IMG/VR virus record: IMGVR_UViG_3300031784_002630
Coordinates: 1-64,000 of that record
Origin: an uncultured virus (IMG/VR IMGVR_UViG_3300031784_002630)
Taxonomy: Duplodnaviria > Heunggongvirae > Uroviricota > Caudoviricetes
Direction: 5' to 3' (one strand)
DNA: 64,000 nt
Positions 27,568 through 37,761 of the stretch are shown here, in pieces. Below the pieces are notes generated by a model. It was not told where the DNA came from, ran no database searches, and worked only from the letters and a program-made list of their open reading frames with translations. Each line of letters starts with the position of its first letter. The stretch's first letter is position 1. The translations under genes were made by a program, and so were the position numbers.

Positions 27568-28324
27568 AGTGTTCAATCATAAGTTTAAGTTCCGCCTGTA
27601 AGTCCTTACATTTGTATACCTTATAATTATCACTGTTTTCATTTATCCATATCAAATAGCTATCCCCTATCTTAAGATTGGTATTCTTTTCAATAATATG
27701 TTTATATAACCCTAATTGAAGTGAGTATGTATTCATTTCACATTCATCTAAATGTGATATTGGTTTTAGATATTTGTTACCATATGAATTACTCATTTTA
27801 ATTTCTTTGTTGGTCTTGTAATCCCATATTTCGAGCATTTGTGATTTCATATTGTAAAATAAACAGTCTACCATTCCTGCAATTTCATAATCGTGGTCAC
27901 AAACTACCAATTCCATTTTAACAGGAATCAAGTTTTTCTTTGCGTCTTGATAAAATTGGTGAAACATTGTTTCACATTTTTTATATCTTTCTTCAATAAT
28001 ATCATGTCCAAAAGTTTTAACAGCATCTGACGGGTCATACGGAAATGATTTGTTGTTCCACCAGTTTTCAGCCATGTTGTGAACTAATGTTCCTTTGACT
28101 GTTGAAATGTCTCTCTTTAAATCCCAATCACCTAATACACTCTCAACAGTTAATCCTCTTTTTGCGGCATAGGTTTCAGCTAACCTTTGGGTTTCAAATT
28201 CTTTTTTAAACTTCTTGATAAAAGTTGTTGCTGAAACATATTCTTTATTACCCACATAATATTTGTGTGGACCATCAAAATATTTTACATCATTAAATTT
28301 TGCTAATTCTAAAATTGTATCCAT
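27539..28324 (-). CDS. PD-(D/E)XK exonuclease
   Basis: SATT, GTLVH, E, AGMVD, DYKT and YSLQLGLY motifs. Confidence 0.85.
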   Translation of the reverse strand: MDTILELAKFNDVKYFDGPHKYYVGNKEYVSATTFIKKFKKEFETQRLAETYAAKRGLTVESVLGDWDLKRDISTVKGTLVHNMAENWWNNKSFPYDPSDAVKTFGHDIIEERYKKCETMFHQFYQDAKKNLIPVKMELVVCDHDYEIAGMVDCLFYNMKSQMLEIWDYKTNKEIKMSNSYGNKYLKPISHLDECEMNTYSLQLGLYKHIIEKNTNLKIGDSYLIWINENSDNYKVYKCKDLQAELKLMIEHYENTKNKKG

Positions 28325-29247
28325 TATCTTTCTAATTCAATATAACTATCTTCAGGTATCACACCTCTCATGTCAGCAATATCACTTTCAATCGGGAGTT
28401 TAACCACTTTTATTTTACCATATAACTTACCACCACTCAATCTAAAATATAATCTTTTAGCGTCTTCCCATGCGTCACCATCTAATACAATAGTAATTTT
28501 ACCTTTTGCCTTTTCATATAAGGTTTCAAATAATAAATCTGACATTTTCTTACCTAACAAAGGAATTGAGTTATCTAAGAACAATGCATCAAACGGACCT
28601 TCACAAAGGTATATGTCTTTATCCCAATCAATTAGATTTTCATTGAATATGATAATTTGTTTTTCAGCTTCAGGATTCTTGTATTTTGACTTACTGTTTG
28701 GGTTCCATGAACGACCAACAAAATAATTTAACTCACCTTCCAAGTCAAATGATGGTACAATGATTCTGTAAGCGTATTCACCTTCCGTACAATACCCAAT
28801 TCGGTGTTTTAAGACCATCTCATCGGTTATACCCCTTCGTTTAATGTAGTTCCTCATTTCCCTAAAAGGAATGTGATATTGGTTACCTTCTGTACAAAGT
28901 TGATATTCTTTTGGTAGTCTAAGTTTTTCGTATCTCTTATCAATTGGTTTAAACTCATCAGGACGAATAAGGTCATACATTTCCTTATCTTTTTTCTTAC
29001 CAAATCGGTCAATCAAATAACCTAAGTGTCCTTTGGTATTATGAGTTTCACCACACACCCAACATTTGAATACGTGTTGAGCGTAGTTGATTTCAAGGTT
29101 TCCCTTTCCATCACCTTTGTCTAATGCTTTTAAATCATAGGAACAAATAGGACAGTCATAACTTATCTGTCCTTTAGACGGGTAGTGTAGTTTGTGTTTA
29201 CCAAACACACCGTCAAGTAACTCAACTAATAGAGCATTATCTTCCAT
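28324..29247 (-). CDS. dnaG: DNA primase (zinc-binding plus TOPRIM)
   Basis: CPIC and CWVC zinc ligands; EGPFDA and LDGD TOPRIM motifs. Confidence 0.88.
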   Translation of the reverse strand: MEDNALLVELLDGVFGKHKLHYPSKGQISYDCPICSYDLKALDKGDGKGNLEINYAQHVFKCWVCGETHNTKGHLGYLIDRFGKKKDKEMYDLIRPDEFKPIDKRYEKLRLPKEYQLCTEGNQYHIPFREMRNYIKRRGITDEMVLKHRIGYCTEGEYAYRIIVPSFDLEGELNYFVGRSWNPNSKSKYKNPEAEKQIIIFNENLIDWDKDIYLCEGPFDALFLDNSIPLLGKKMSDLLFETLYEKAKGKITIVLDGDAWEDAKRLYFRLSGGKLYGKIKVVKLPIESDIADMRGVIPEDSYIELER

Positions 29248-29282
29248 ATTAGAAAGATAATAAAAAATTAGTAAGAATCAAA

Positions 29283-29888
29283 TTACCAAAACTTATTCAT
29301 TTTCATATACCCTCTGACACAGGTATATGCATCCGCTTGGTCGTAACACTCTTTTTTAAGAGTCATGTTCTTTGTATATAACCAAGTAATCTGTGGTTCT
29401 TCTTTTGCCACCATATCCCAAATCACTTGTTTTTTGTCTACGTCTTTTGGATAACCACCAAACAAGACTTCACGATTTTTATCATTTTTACCCATCAAAT
29501 TTTGCCAAGCAAATTTTCTTGAGTTGTAAGTTGAAATATAGTTTGGCACGATTCCTAATGCATCATAGATTGCTTTTGTAATCATTGCATTATATCTCAT
29601 TAATGTTCCAACTGTGTGAATGTTATTTGAACCTAATAATGGTTCCTCAATAACGACTTTGGTAATACCAAGATTTTTATAATCCTCAATCTTTTTAATA
29701 AAAGAATTTACCTTTAGAATTAACTCCTCAATTTTTTCTTCAGGTTGTGGTTTAATCACAGGTGAGAAGTGAGTTAATTCTAATAACTTCTCAGATTGAA
29801 TATCAAACAAAGCCCAACCAATTGTTTTGGTACTAATGTCCAAACCCAAAACTTTAGGTGAATTTTTTAAATCTTGTTTTTTTGCCAT
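29283..29888 (-). CDS. ruvC: RuvC-like Holliday junction resolvase
   Basis: LGLDIS, VIEE and D.ADA catalytic motifs. Confidence 0.8.
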   Translation of the reverse strand: MAKKQDLKNSPKVLGLDISTKTIGWALFDIQSEKLLELTHFSPVIKPQPEEKIEELILKVNSFIKKIEDYKNLGITKVVIEEPLLGSNNIHTVGTLMRYNAMITKAIYDALGIVPNYISTYNSRKFAWQNLMGKNDKNREVLFGGYPKDVDKKQVIWDMVAKEEPQITWLYTKNMTLKKECYDQADAYTCVRGYMKMNKFW

Positions 29889-29934
29889 ATATTATCAGTA
29901 ATTTACCGATACTTTTCTTTAAGTAAAGAAAATA

Positions 29935-30459
29935 TTAAACTGTGATTGTGAAGTAGTTGTCAAACTCATCCATATTTTCAATAATATTCAAGTGTAAAGT
30001 GTTTCTACGGGGGTTATCAATGTTTAACTTATTTGTGTTACTCTTCATTAATGTTTTAATTATAATTTCAATTTCACCTCTGTTTTTATTAAAGTTTAAC
30101 ACCTTACAGCTAATTTGTAATCCTGAATCTGTTTTTACAATAAAAAATTCTTGTGAATTTTCTTTTCTAGTTTGACCTGAGCTAAAATCTTTTTTTAATA
30201 AGGTTCCGTCGATTACTGGACCTTGTATTGCCCTTTTTTGTACAATAAACGCTTTGTTTGTAATCTTTGGGATTGCGTCTTTAATTGCCGACTTGATTTC
30301 ATCAATTGTTATATCTGAATCATTTTCTTTTCTTGTCATTCTTTCTTGAGCATGAGTACTTAATATAAACCTTATTTTATAATCATTTAAGGTAACATCA
30401 ACAATTGGATTATCAATTTGTTCTTCAACCAATATGTTAAGAATCCCAAGTAGTTTCAT
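29935..30459 (-). CDS. Hypothetical protein with 'STHAQERM' motif (DUF4258/RelE-like fold?)
   Basis: HAxER motif followed by ITIDEI; N-terminal LLGILNILVEE; TATTTATA at 30464-30471. Confidence 0.55.
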   Translation of the reverse strand: MKLLGILNILVEEQIDNPIVDVTLNDYKIRFILSTHAQERMTRKENDSDITIDEIKSAIKDAIPKITNKAFIVQKRAIQGPVIDGTLLKKDFSSGQTRKENSQEFFIVKTDSGLQISCKVLNFNKNRGEIEIIIKTLMKSNTNKLNIDNPRRNTLHLNIIENMDEFDNYFTITV

Positions 30460-30481
30460 TAGTTATAAATACTCATAAATT

Positions 30482-30509
30482 AAAAAGAGGACCTTTTGGG
30501 TCCTCTTTT
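30482..30509. terminator. Bidirectional terminator
   Basis: AAAAAGAGGACC-TTTTG-GGTCCTCTTTT. Confidence 0.85.
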
Positions 30510-30665
30510 AGAAGTCGTGAGACTTGGCTCCACCTCTTGTCCACAATGTTCTAGTTAGCGGTGGACTTGCTCAGAAGGTTTTGTTTCGGGTTCATTGGGA
30601 GGGTTACCTTCAACCTTTCCAATCAGGTTCTTTTGATTTAAGTCTTCAGAACCTTCAGACTTCAC
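30510..30665 (-). ncRNA. Candidate structured ncRNA (about 155 nt plus terminator)
   Basis: GC-richer island between a promoter and a terminator; complementary ends GAAGUC/GACUUC and several internal stems. A 36-codon GTG ORF is an alternative reading. Confidence 0.5.
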
Positions 30666-30669
30666 TATA

Positions 30670-30700
30670 CAAAGATAGTGAATATTTTGATAAATACAAA
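30670..30700 (-). promoter_or_regulatory. Bacteroidota-type promoter
   Basis: Minus strand TTTG-N19-TATCTTTG. Confidence 0.7.
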
Positions 30701-30708
30701 CTTTTTTT

Positions 30709-32913
30709 TTAAAAATCGTATTTTACGGTAATCTGTTGTACCCCTTGTCTTTTTTCGGGATTCTGTAATTTTGACATCATTAATAAATCTTGGTCAGAGT
30801 TATATAATCCTACTTCAGTGAAATACACATCTTTACCTAACGACCATTTTGGATTTGATGAACGAATATATTGTGAATCAGCAAGGTTAACCAAATATCT
30901 CATTTCATATATTGTTGCTTGTACATCAGAATGAACTGTTCCATAAAAGAAATATTCATCACCAAACGTCATACCAGTATTATAGTTAATCAATGGTAAT
31001 TCAATGTAATTTTCTAATCTATAAAAACTCGCGTTATCGTATTCGTCTTTTGTTATTTGAAATGTTGTTCCGCTTATTTCGAGTGGTCCAATATTGATAG
31101 AGCCAGTGTTTGCTGTAATTGCAGATGTAACATCAATTTCTCTCCACTGCATCGAATCAGGTCTTTCACCCGTTGGTACAATTTGACAAATTAACTTAAC
31201 ATTAGTACATGTAAATCCTGAAGGTTGTAAACCCATGTCCTCAATTAAGAATGGGAATTCATTACCAAATCTCACAATTACATCATCTGTTTGACCACTT
31301 ACGGTTGAACCTGCAATTTTTGAGTAATAGTTACAATGTAAACCATTTGTAGAACCAGTGTTTTCAAATCGGTATGTTACAAACATTGTTTCAGTATCAC
31401 CTGTTAATATACCACTTGTTGCCGCGATGTTTTGGTTAAACGTGTTTGGAACCACCAATCCTAATCTTGGTGCGGGTAATGTATAGTTTCTATTTGATTT
31501 ATACGACATGGCGGCTGATAATTCTTCATCATCAATTGCTATCATTTTCAAATCAGGAAATACTTTACCAACTCTGTTTGGATATCCATCAGCATTTGCG
31601 TGAGTATCCCATAAGTGATAATAACGTAAACCCGGATAATTCATATTATCATTTTCTTCTGATAACATATAATGTGGTTGAAATAAATTTAAACCATCAA
31701 AACCATCAGGGTCAACGTAGAATGATTCACCCATAACACCTGTATTTGATTTATGCCACATCAAAGTTGGTAAGTCAAGTTTAAAGTTTCTTCCTTGTCC
31801 TGTGGCACCTGAATTTGCCAAGTCAAATGCTTCTGTTGCAAATTTCTCACCATAAAAATTATCAATACCCTGATTGGTATAATGTATCAAACCAATAACT
31901 TTTTGTTCCTCTGGTTCAACATATATTTTTTCATCAAATGAATTGTAATAAAATGTGTCAGTTGTTCCTGAAACATAATTTATGTCTTCGAAAATTTGAC
32001 CACCTTTGGTTTGATATCCCAAGAATTCTTTTGTCGACGAATAACCCGTTGAACCAAATTCACTGAAATCTTTGTAAAAAGTATATGATAAACCTGCTGG
32101 TGATTCGGTCCATGGCTGATTCATATTCCAAACTAAGACATCTTGTTGTTGAATTTCACAATTCAACTCAAACGAAAACACACCACCATCATAGTATGGT
32201 GTTGGTGTATAACTATCATAATATGGTGTCATACCTGATGGGTAGAAAAACGCTCTTCCTGTTCCTGTAAATGAACTAAAGTCAGGTAATATTCTATCAA
32301 CAGTTATTGTACTTCCAACGACATCTTCAACTCTGTAAGTTAAAATAGGATATGGATAAGTTAAATCATTACCGCAGTTATTATCATTATTTAAATATAA
32401 AACAACAAACTGACCAACTTCAGGTGTTCCTGTCACAGTAGCATCACAGTTGTTGACAGTGACATCAAATGTATTCCCACTTGTTAATGCCGATAAATTA
32501 AATTTATAATTTGCAGTCACGGTAAGTGCTGAACTTGTAAAAGCACTAAACGCTCCTGTTGAACCTGTAAAAAATCCTCTTGGCTGAGCTGTGTTAAAAA
32601 TTGGAACTACTTGTGAATCTTGAAAAGGTATACCAAATGTATTAGTTTCACCGGTTGAACTAGACAAATAAATTGGATATTTAATACCCATTTTATTACT
32701 TTGTGGTACACCTGTGTTATTCTGATAATTAAATTCAGGAACTAAAACTTGTAAAGTTGTTAAATTACCACCGCTGATACAATCATAACAAACCTCACTA
32801 TCTCCTAACTGAAAATAAGCAACATTAAAGTTACCTTGAGAAATTTTTCTTCTTCCAACATCAGTTAGTTGGGTGTTTATTAGAGCTGTTGTATCTTTTA
32901 TTATGAATGCCAT
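30709..32913 (-). CDS. Baseplate/tail-associated structural protein
   Basis: N-terminal LTDVGRRKI...FQLGDSE and C-terminal FTEVGLYN..DLL..SKL patterns typical of tail-fibre anchor/baseplate proteins. Confidence 0.65.
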   Translation of the reverse strand: MAFIIKDTTALINTQLTDVGRRKISQGNFNVAYFQLGDSEVCYDCISGGNLTTLQVLVPEFNYQNNTGVPQSNKMGIKYPIYLSSSTGETNTFGIPFQDSQVVPIFNTAQPRGFFTGSTGAFSAFTSSALTVTANYKFNLSALTSGNTFDVTVNNCDATVTGTPEVGQFVVLYLNNDNNCGNDLTYPYPILTYRVEDVVGSTITVDRILPDFSSFTGTGRAFFYPSGMTPYYDSYTPTPYYDGGVFSFELNCEIQQQDVLVWNMNQPWTESPAGLSYTFYKDFSEFGSTGYSSTKEFLGYQTKGGQIFEDINYVSGTTDTFYYNSFDEKIYVEPEEQKVIGLIHYTNQGIDNFYGEKFATEAFDLANSGATGQGRNFKLDLPTLMWHKSNTGVMGESFYVDPDGFDGLNLFQPHYMLSEENDNMNYPGLRYYHLWDTHANADGYPNRVGKVFPDLKMIAIDDEELSAAMSYKSNRNYTLPAPRLGLVVPNTFNQNIAATSGILTGDTETMFVTYRFENTGSTNGLHCNYYSKIAGSTVSGQTDDVIVRFGNEFPFLIEDMGLQPSGFTCTNVKLICQIVPTGERPDSMQWREIDVTSAITANTGSINIGPLEISGTTFQITKDEYDNASFYRLENYIELPLINYNTGMTFGDEYFFYGTVHSDVQATIYEMRYLVNLADSQYIRSSNPKWSLGKDVYFTEVGLYNSDQDLLMMSKLQNPEKRQGVQQITVKYDF

Positions 32914-32937
32914 CTTATATAAATATAGTTAGTTGAT

Positions 32938-34737
32938 TTATTGACTTGGACCGTAGTATTGTTCATACAATGTGTTTATTAATTGGTTTGTTTGTGGTGT
33001 TAAAACTTTTAATAATGTACAATTATTAGTGATTGACGGACCATTGAATCCAACAGTAACATTTTGATTTGCATCGACTATTGCTGATGAACAAGGTAAT
33101 GTTCCTGTGGTTATTACTAAAGTACTCAAACCACCTGGCGGAAGAGTTGATACTCCGCGAGCACATATATTAACTTTTTGACCTGGTTGTACGTTATATC
33201 CATTTTCCGTTCCTCCTGTACAATTGACCCATGTGTAAAACTGAACAGTGTTTCCAATATTTTCAATTTCAAATGGTGAACAAGGTGTTGAGCTTCCACT
33301 GCTAATTTTTGTAACAGTAGAAATAACAGTACCTGATACCGTTAACCCTTTTTTCAGTGTAACTGTTGGGTATAAAACACTAAAAGTTTTTTGTGTTGTT
33401 GTATATGGATATCTAAAACTGTATGGACTTGGAACGATAATATTTGTTGAAGTCAAAGAGTTTGATGTTGGTGATACCGTTGATGTTCCTGAATATAATA
33501 CAGGTGTATATGCCGTAGTGGCACTACCTGGTTCAGCCGTGGTATTATTAACAGATATAAATAATGGAACATCAATTGTAATACCATCAGGTAACGGAGG
33601 ACTTACTTTTAATTCGTAATCCAAATTTTTAATTACTTGGTTTCCGTAATCTTCTTTCGATGTAGATGACTTTGTTTGTAATGACAAAGTATATGTAACT
33701 TTCTTAGTTCCCGGTAGTATAGTAAATGAACCTTGAACTTCTGTATTTGAACTGTCCTTTACAAAAAATTGAGTATCACTTTGTGGACACAGATTATTAA
33801 AAAGTGGTGAAGATTGGTAGGTACCGTTGAATAATTTATATTGATATCCACCTGTACCTCCTTTAGCCTTTATTATTACACTACCATTACAAGAACCTTC
33901 ACAAGATTCATTAGTCGTTGTTAAGTTAAAAGATAAAACTGGTGATGATGGACAAGAACCTGATACCGCAGTCCATGTATTCAATGTTCCTTCTTCAACC
34001 CATCCGCCCAAAGGATTAAAGGTGTTCGATGAATTTTTCAAAACACTTCCTGTTTTTCCTAATACGGTCCAATAACTAAATGTTGTTGCAGAAACATATG
34101 ATATAGTAAAAGCAGAACTTGCTGACGATGTGCCAGTATAGGCCGGTCTTTCATTCACAAAATCATAGAATGTAAATGGATAAGCTGTGAATGGTGTGCT
34201 ATCCGTATATAAACAAAGGTCAGTTGGATAAAATGGTAGTGGTGGTGGCGGTGGGTCACATTCTTCACAAGTGTCAAATGGACCTGAACTTAAAGTGTCA
34301 CCTGTAATTGTTTGACCACTAGATAAAGTTTGTCCTGAGTATGTCCAACATCCCTGAGCTGTTGTGAATTTATATATTAAACCTTCAACAAAGTTTGATG
34401 ATGTTAAACCTGTTAAATACAAATAATCAGAATTATTACAACTTTGAAAATAATCCATGTAGAAAGTATCCGATTCAACTAAACATGTTGTGGTTGCACT
34501 ATAATCACCATAGAAATCTACCACAGTTGCAACGTATTCACCAGGTATTAAATTTTTGATGTTTTGGTCTTTTAACCCATTACTCCATGTAATTGAATAT
34601 GGTGTTGAACCTCCCGTAATTGTCAAATATATCCTACCGTCATTACTGTCAGGTGTTGAAGAATTAATTGAGTAACATTCTACACCCATAGGTAGAATTG
34701 TTATAACACCGCAATCATTATATAGTATAGTTGACAT
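32938..34737 (-). CDS. Structural protein with SprB-type repeats and Cys-rich modules
   Basis: DGRIYLTITGGSTPYSITWSNG..NL.PGEY..TVVD and SC...CNGSV.I.A.GGTGGYQY. Confidence 0.7.
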   Translation of the reverse strand: MSTILYNDCGVITILPMGVECYSINSSTPDSNDGRIYLTITGGSTPYSITWSNGLKDQNIKNLIPGEYVATVVDFYGDYSATTTCLVESDTFYMDYFQSCNNSDYLYLTGLTSSNFVEGLIYKFTTAQGCWTYSGQTLSSGQTITGDTLSSGPFDTCEECDPPPPPLPFYPTDLCLYTDSTPFTAYPFTFYDFVNERPAYTGTSSASSAFTISYVSATTFSYWTVLGKTGSVLKNSSNTFNPLGGWVEEGTLNTWTAVSGSCPSSPVLSFNLTTTNESCEGSCNGSVIIKAKGGTGGYQYKLFNGTYQSSPLFNNLCPQSDTQFFVKDSSNTEVQGSFTILPGTKKVTYTLSLQTKSSTSKEDYGNQVIKNLDYELKVSPPLPDGITIDVPLFISVNNTTAEPGSATTAYTPVLYSGTSTVSPTSNSLTSTNIIVPSPYSFRYPYTTTQKTFSVLYPTVTLKKGLTVSGTVISTVTKISSGSSTPCSPFEIENIGNTVQFYTWVNCTGGTENGYNVQPGQKVNICARGVSTLPPGGLSTLVITTGTLPCSSAIVDANQNVTVGFNGPSITNNCTLLKVLTPQTNQLINTLYEQYYGPSQ

Positions 34738-34952
34738 CAGAAGTTTTTAATTATTTCACAATTATTGGCATCGACAATTTTAACACTAAAATCAACCATT
34801 GTATCATAAGGTGCTGGTATACTGACACTAAATGGTAAATCAGCATCATTAATCGTTGCCAAATACACACAGGTTATTAGTGATGTATCACAGATATAAA
34901 CATTATATCCTTGTGTTGCTGTAATTGAGTTTATTGTAATCTGTCTTCCCAT
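34737..34952 (-). CDS. Small structural protein
   Basis: 71-aa beta-rich ORF within the structural operon. Confidence 0.65.
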   Translation of the reverse strand: MGRQITINSITATQGYNVYICDTSLITCVYLATINDADLPFSVSIPAPYDTMVDFSVKIVDANNCEIIKNF

Positions 34953-34964
34953 TTTAATTAAGTA

Positions 34965-37730
34965 TTATGAACATGTACAATCATTATGTACCGAAACTAT
35001 TGATGTCGCAGTTCCACCCAGTGTAGTTCCGACAACTTCCCAACATCCTGAGTATCCAGTTCCATTCAATCTCACAAAATCGCCGACACTTACATTCAAT
35101 AAACCAAAGTTGTTAACCGCAATACTTCTAACTGGTTCAGAACAACTTTCTACGATAAATTTATCAGGTAAAGTTGTTTTTGTAGGAGTTTGAGTAGGTG
35201 TCTTAGTTGGTGTAGGAGTTGGAGTTTTAGTTAAGGTAGGTGTGTTAGTTGGTGTCTTAGTAGGTGTGTTAGTTGGTGTCTTAGTCATAGTAACCGATGG
35301 AGTTACTGTAACAGTTGGCGTAGGAGTTAATGTAGGTGTCTTAGTTTGTGTAGGTGTCTTTGACGGTGACGCATTAGGTGTATATGTTGGTGTTGAAGTC
35401 TTAGTTACAGTTGGTGTTATTGTCGGAGTAACAGAACTAGTTGGTGTTGATGTTGGTGTAATTGTATTAGTTGGTGTTACTGTTGTTGTTGGAGTTACCG
35501 TTGGTGTTACAGTACTAGTTGGAGTAGGTGTTGGTATTAAAGAGTTCTCACAACTTGAACATCCACTGAATGATGCAATAATAGTATTGATAGTTAAAGT
35601 TGGACTTTGGTCATAAACAATATCCAAATAAGTATAACACTTAGTTGTTCCTGATACATCAGCACTGAAGGTTTGACCTGTTGTTACAATAGTACCACCT
35701 GATGTTCTCATAGACTCATTGATATAATAAATTTCATCATCAGAACAATCTTGAATTCTACGTACAAACACACACTCGAATTCAGTATCATTTATGATAT
35801 AAGTTGTTGAACCTGATACTGGTACATTTCTTTGTAAACTTGGTGTCGGAGTGACTGTTGGAGTTGGTGTGGGGGTTGGAGTTATATCTTCAACTGTAAC
35901 ATCGGCATCTACCAAAAGACAAGGATTTGGACTCGGTGTTAAACTAATTGTCGGTGTTGGTGTCGGACAAGTCTCAGTTGGTTCGGGCACATAGTCACAA
36001 TCAAACAACGCTTGAAAATCAACCGTAATACAGACGTTTGGTGTTGGTGTGGGGGTTGGTGTTGGACACGGTCCTTCTGACCATATCAATTCATCCAAAT
36101 CAGGACAATTTGAAAAACATGGGGTTTTACCCGCCAATATACAATCACCACCTAAAGTATCGGATAAACACCATTTTGTTCCATCATAAAAAACAGTACC
36201 TGATGTGGAACCTGTCCAATATGGTCTTCCATTATAAGTTCCACCCGATGTATAATTTCCATCATACATTGATGTACCTGAAAAGTTTGTATATAAACAA
36301 AATTCAGTATTACAAGGACTGTAAACAGGTGTAACAGATGGTGTCGGCGTTTGGGTTGGTGTAACAGTTGGTGTTGGTGTTGTTTGATTACAGTCCCCAA
36401 TTACTGTAACAAATACACCCTCAGGTACAATCACACTATATTCACATGCACAAATATTTAATTCAGATAGTTCAGGTACAATCAAATTTTGATTATCACC
36501 ATTACAATCTACATATGTTACTGTTGATGGGAACTCCTGAGTATTATTAATTTGATATTCAATACAGTTACTTCCCGGTCCACAACAACTATAATCGTCA
36601 GTACAAACCGAACAATTATCGTATGGTCCTGTCAGACCACTAATAACATATCTTTCACCAAAACCAGTCATTGGTATTACTTCAGCACAGCCTGTAAAAC
36701 CAGTTCCTGTTATATAATACACCTGACCAACATTTATGGTTCCAACATAATCATCGACAACAAAAATTTCGTTTGGTGAACAACATGCCCTAAATTGATA
36801 ATCCGTAGGACCAGCTGTTACTGAAGGAGTGGGAGTATTAGAAGGTGTTAAAGTTGGTGTAACCGTATTGGTTGGTGTAACCGTATTGGTTGGTGTAACG
36901 GTTTTAGTTGGTGTAACCGTATTGGTTGGTGTTACTGTTGGTGTTACTGTTGGTGTGACTGTTTTTGTAGGAGTTACCGTTGGTGTAACCGTATTAGTTG
37001 GTGTTACGGTATTTGTAGGCGTAGGTGTAGGTGTTGGGCAAACTTGTGAACAAGCATCGGTATACGAACTTACTAAACCTCTGTGTGGTAAATTAGGGTT
37101 AAAACATACAACATCATTAATACTACCACCGCTCACAAATGTTCCACAACAATCAGTATACGAACAAAGTATATTATCAACGGTACCTGAAACACAACAA
37201 GGGTATGTTGTTAAACAATCATTACAATCAGACCAAGTACCAGGTGTTGTAACATTTATTGTTGTTTCACCTGTCTGAACATAAATTGTTGAACCTGTGA
37301 CTCCTGTAATATAAGATGCACACCCAACAAAAGCAAATGTTGTAGGGCTCGTTGTGGCAGTGGTTATAGAAAATCTCCATATTTCACCAACGGTTAATGG
37401 TCCATATGTATTTTCAAAAGCGAAATCACCCCTTCTAATACTAAAGGTACTACCATCACAACAAGCTGAAAAAGTATAATAACATCCATTTGGATTTGCA
37501 GCGTCACATGCCGGACAAGTACTATATTGTTCAGTTGCAAATGATTGTTCTGGTGGGTCTAAAGAATTAGTAATTGTGTAGTAATAACAACTACCGTCAC
37601 CGGTATAAATAACGGTGCTTACATTTGCGGTCCACGTACCAGCAGTGTCAATTTCAAATGTTCTATAAATTGGAGCACCAGACCCTAAAGGGTTACAACA
37701 TTGATAAAAATACCTATTAACTAGTGCCAT
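34965..37730 (-). CDS. Cys-rich, Thr/Pro-repeat (mucin-like) surface/fibre protein
   Basis: Long TPTxTx tracts separating small CC..GC..CxxC domains; TATTTATA at 37738-37745. Confidence 0.8.
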   Translation of the reverse strand: MALVNRYFYQCCNPLGSGAPIYRTFEIDTAGTWTANVSTVIYTGDGSCYYYTITNSLDPPEQSFATEQYSTCPACDAANPNGCYYTFSACCDGSTFSIRRGDFAFENTYGPLTVGEIWRFSITTATTSPTTFAFVGCASYITGVTGSTIYVQTGETTINVTTPGTWSDCNDCLTTYPCCVSGTVDNILCSYTDCCGTFVSGGSINDVVCFNPNLPHRGLVSSYTDACSQVCPTPTPTPTNTVTPTNTVTPTVTPTKTVTPTVTPTVTPTNTVTPTKTVTPTNTVTPTNTVTPTLTPSNTPTPSVTAGPTDYQFRACCSPNEIFVVDDYVGTINVGQVYYITGTGFTGCAEVIPMTGFGERYVISGLTGPYDNCSVCTDDYSCCGPGSNCIEYQINNTQEFPSTVTYVDCNGDNQNLIVPELSELNICACEYSVIVPEGVFVTVIGDCNQTTPTPTVTPTQTPTPSVTPVYSPCNTEFCLYTNFSGTSMYDGNYTSGGTYNGRPYWTGSTSGTVFYDGTKWCLSDTLGGDCILAGKTPCFSNCPDLDELIWSEGPCPTPTPTPTPNVCITVDFQALFDCDYVPEPTETCPTPTPTISLTPSPNPCLLVDADVTVEDITPTPTPTPTVTPTPSLQRNVPVSGSTTYIINDTEFECVFVRRIQDCSDDEIYYINESMRTSGGTIVTTGQTFSADVSGTTKCYTYLDIVYDQSPTLTINTIIASFSGCSSCENSLIPTPTPTSTVTPTVTPTTTVTPTNTITPTSTPTSSVTPTITPTVTKTSTPTYTPNASPSKTPTQTKTPTLTPTPTVTVTPSVTMTKTPTNTPTKTPTNTPTLTKTPTPTPTKTPTQTPTKTTLPDKFIVESCSEPVRSIAVNNFGLLNVSVGDFVRLNGTGYSGCWEVVGTTLGGTATSIVSVHNDCTCS
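35175..35535. repeat. Thr-Pro coding low-complexity tandem repeats
   Basis: Degenerate 12/18-nt units encoding TPTxTx on the minus strand. Confidence 0.8.
36828..37037. repeat. 18-nt coding tandem repeat (TPTNTV)
   Basis: GTTGGTGTAACCGTATTG units and variants. Confidence 0.85.
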
Positions 37731-37761
37731 ATTATATTATAAATAATCAAATGTTTGTTTT

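Noticed and set aside
30510..30665. Hammerhead ribozyme (CUGAAGA and GAAA present) or RNase P RNA (GAGCAAG)
   Set aside because: Stem II cannot close between CUGAAGA and GAAA (C opposite C), and the other RNase P conserved regions are absent.
35175..37037. Short tandem repeats resembling a CRISPR array
   Set aside because: The units are 12-18 nt, lack unique spacers and encode in-frame Thr-Pro tracts.
35242..37278. Plus-strand Val/Gly-rich ORFs (35242-35616, 36829-37278)
   Set aside because: They are antisense shadows of the Thr-Pro repeats.
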